From an uncultured Spirochaetota bacterium (GTDB taxonomy: Bacteria; Spirochaetota; Brevinematia; Brevinematales; JAOACQ01), in contig CAVYGN010000002.1 of assembly GCA_963768055.1 (NCBI GenBank), positions 1,632,001 to 1,696,000 of the forward strand: a DNA stretch of 64,000 nucleotides, in the 5' to 3' direction. Shown in pieces: positions 63,974 to 64,000 of this stretch. Under the pieces are notes generated by a model, which worked only from the letters and a program-made list of their open reading frames with translations, was not told the DNA's origin and made no database searches. How positions within the stretch are numbered: the stretch's first letter is position 1; every line of letters begins with the position of its first letter. A program made the position numbers and the translations under genes.

Positions 63974-64000
63974 ATTTCTCTAAACTCATTCACCTAAATT

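Overview
Accessory, AT-rich genomic-island DNA with no housekeeping genes, rRNA, complete tRNA or CRISPR array. The host is diderm (TonB receptor, LolA-like and outer-membrane proteins); a spirochaete is a weak guess. A tyrosine integrase absent from the ORF track runs off the left edge (<1..751, minus). A 16-bp tRNA-3'-end-like direct repeat at 50169 and 63958 suggests two islands integrated in tandem. Island 1 opens with a broken ParB-like gene, three adjacent repeat arrays (origin/partition-like) and an intact IS21. Its main feature is a ~21-kb RiPP/fatty-acid hybrid biosynthetic locus (9141..30269): a Cys/Thr/Asn-rich 79-aa precursor, two radical SAM/SPASM enzymes, a class-B-like radical SAM enzyme with a probable C-terminal RRE, an S8 protease, two GNATs, ACP, FabF-type ketosynthase, thioesterase, ABC exporter, two-component system and TonB receptor. 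The precursor ORF is enclosed by a 17-bp long-range RNA helix, and the largest core gene carries an (ATTT)8 tract. Further on are a Xer-like recombinase with a dif-like site, an IS1595 transposon carrying a type IIG-like restriction-modification gene and splitting a host gene, a radical SAM-HD fusion, a dead IS4, TA pairs and a primase-helicase. Island 2 holds secreted hydrolases/proteases and many pseudogenes. All calls are from motif reading by eye; no searches were run.
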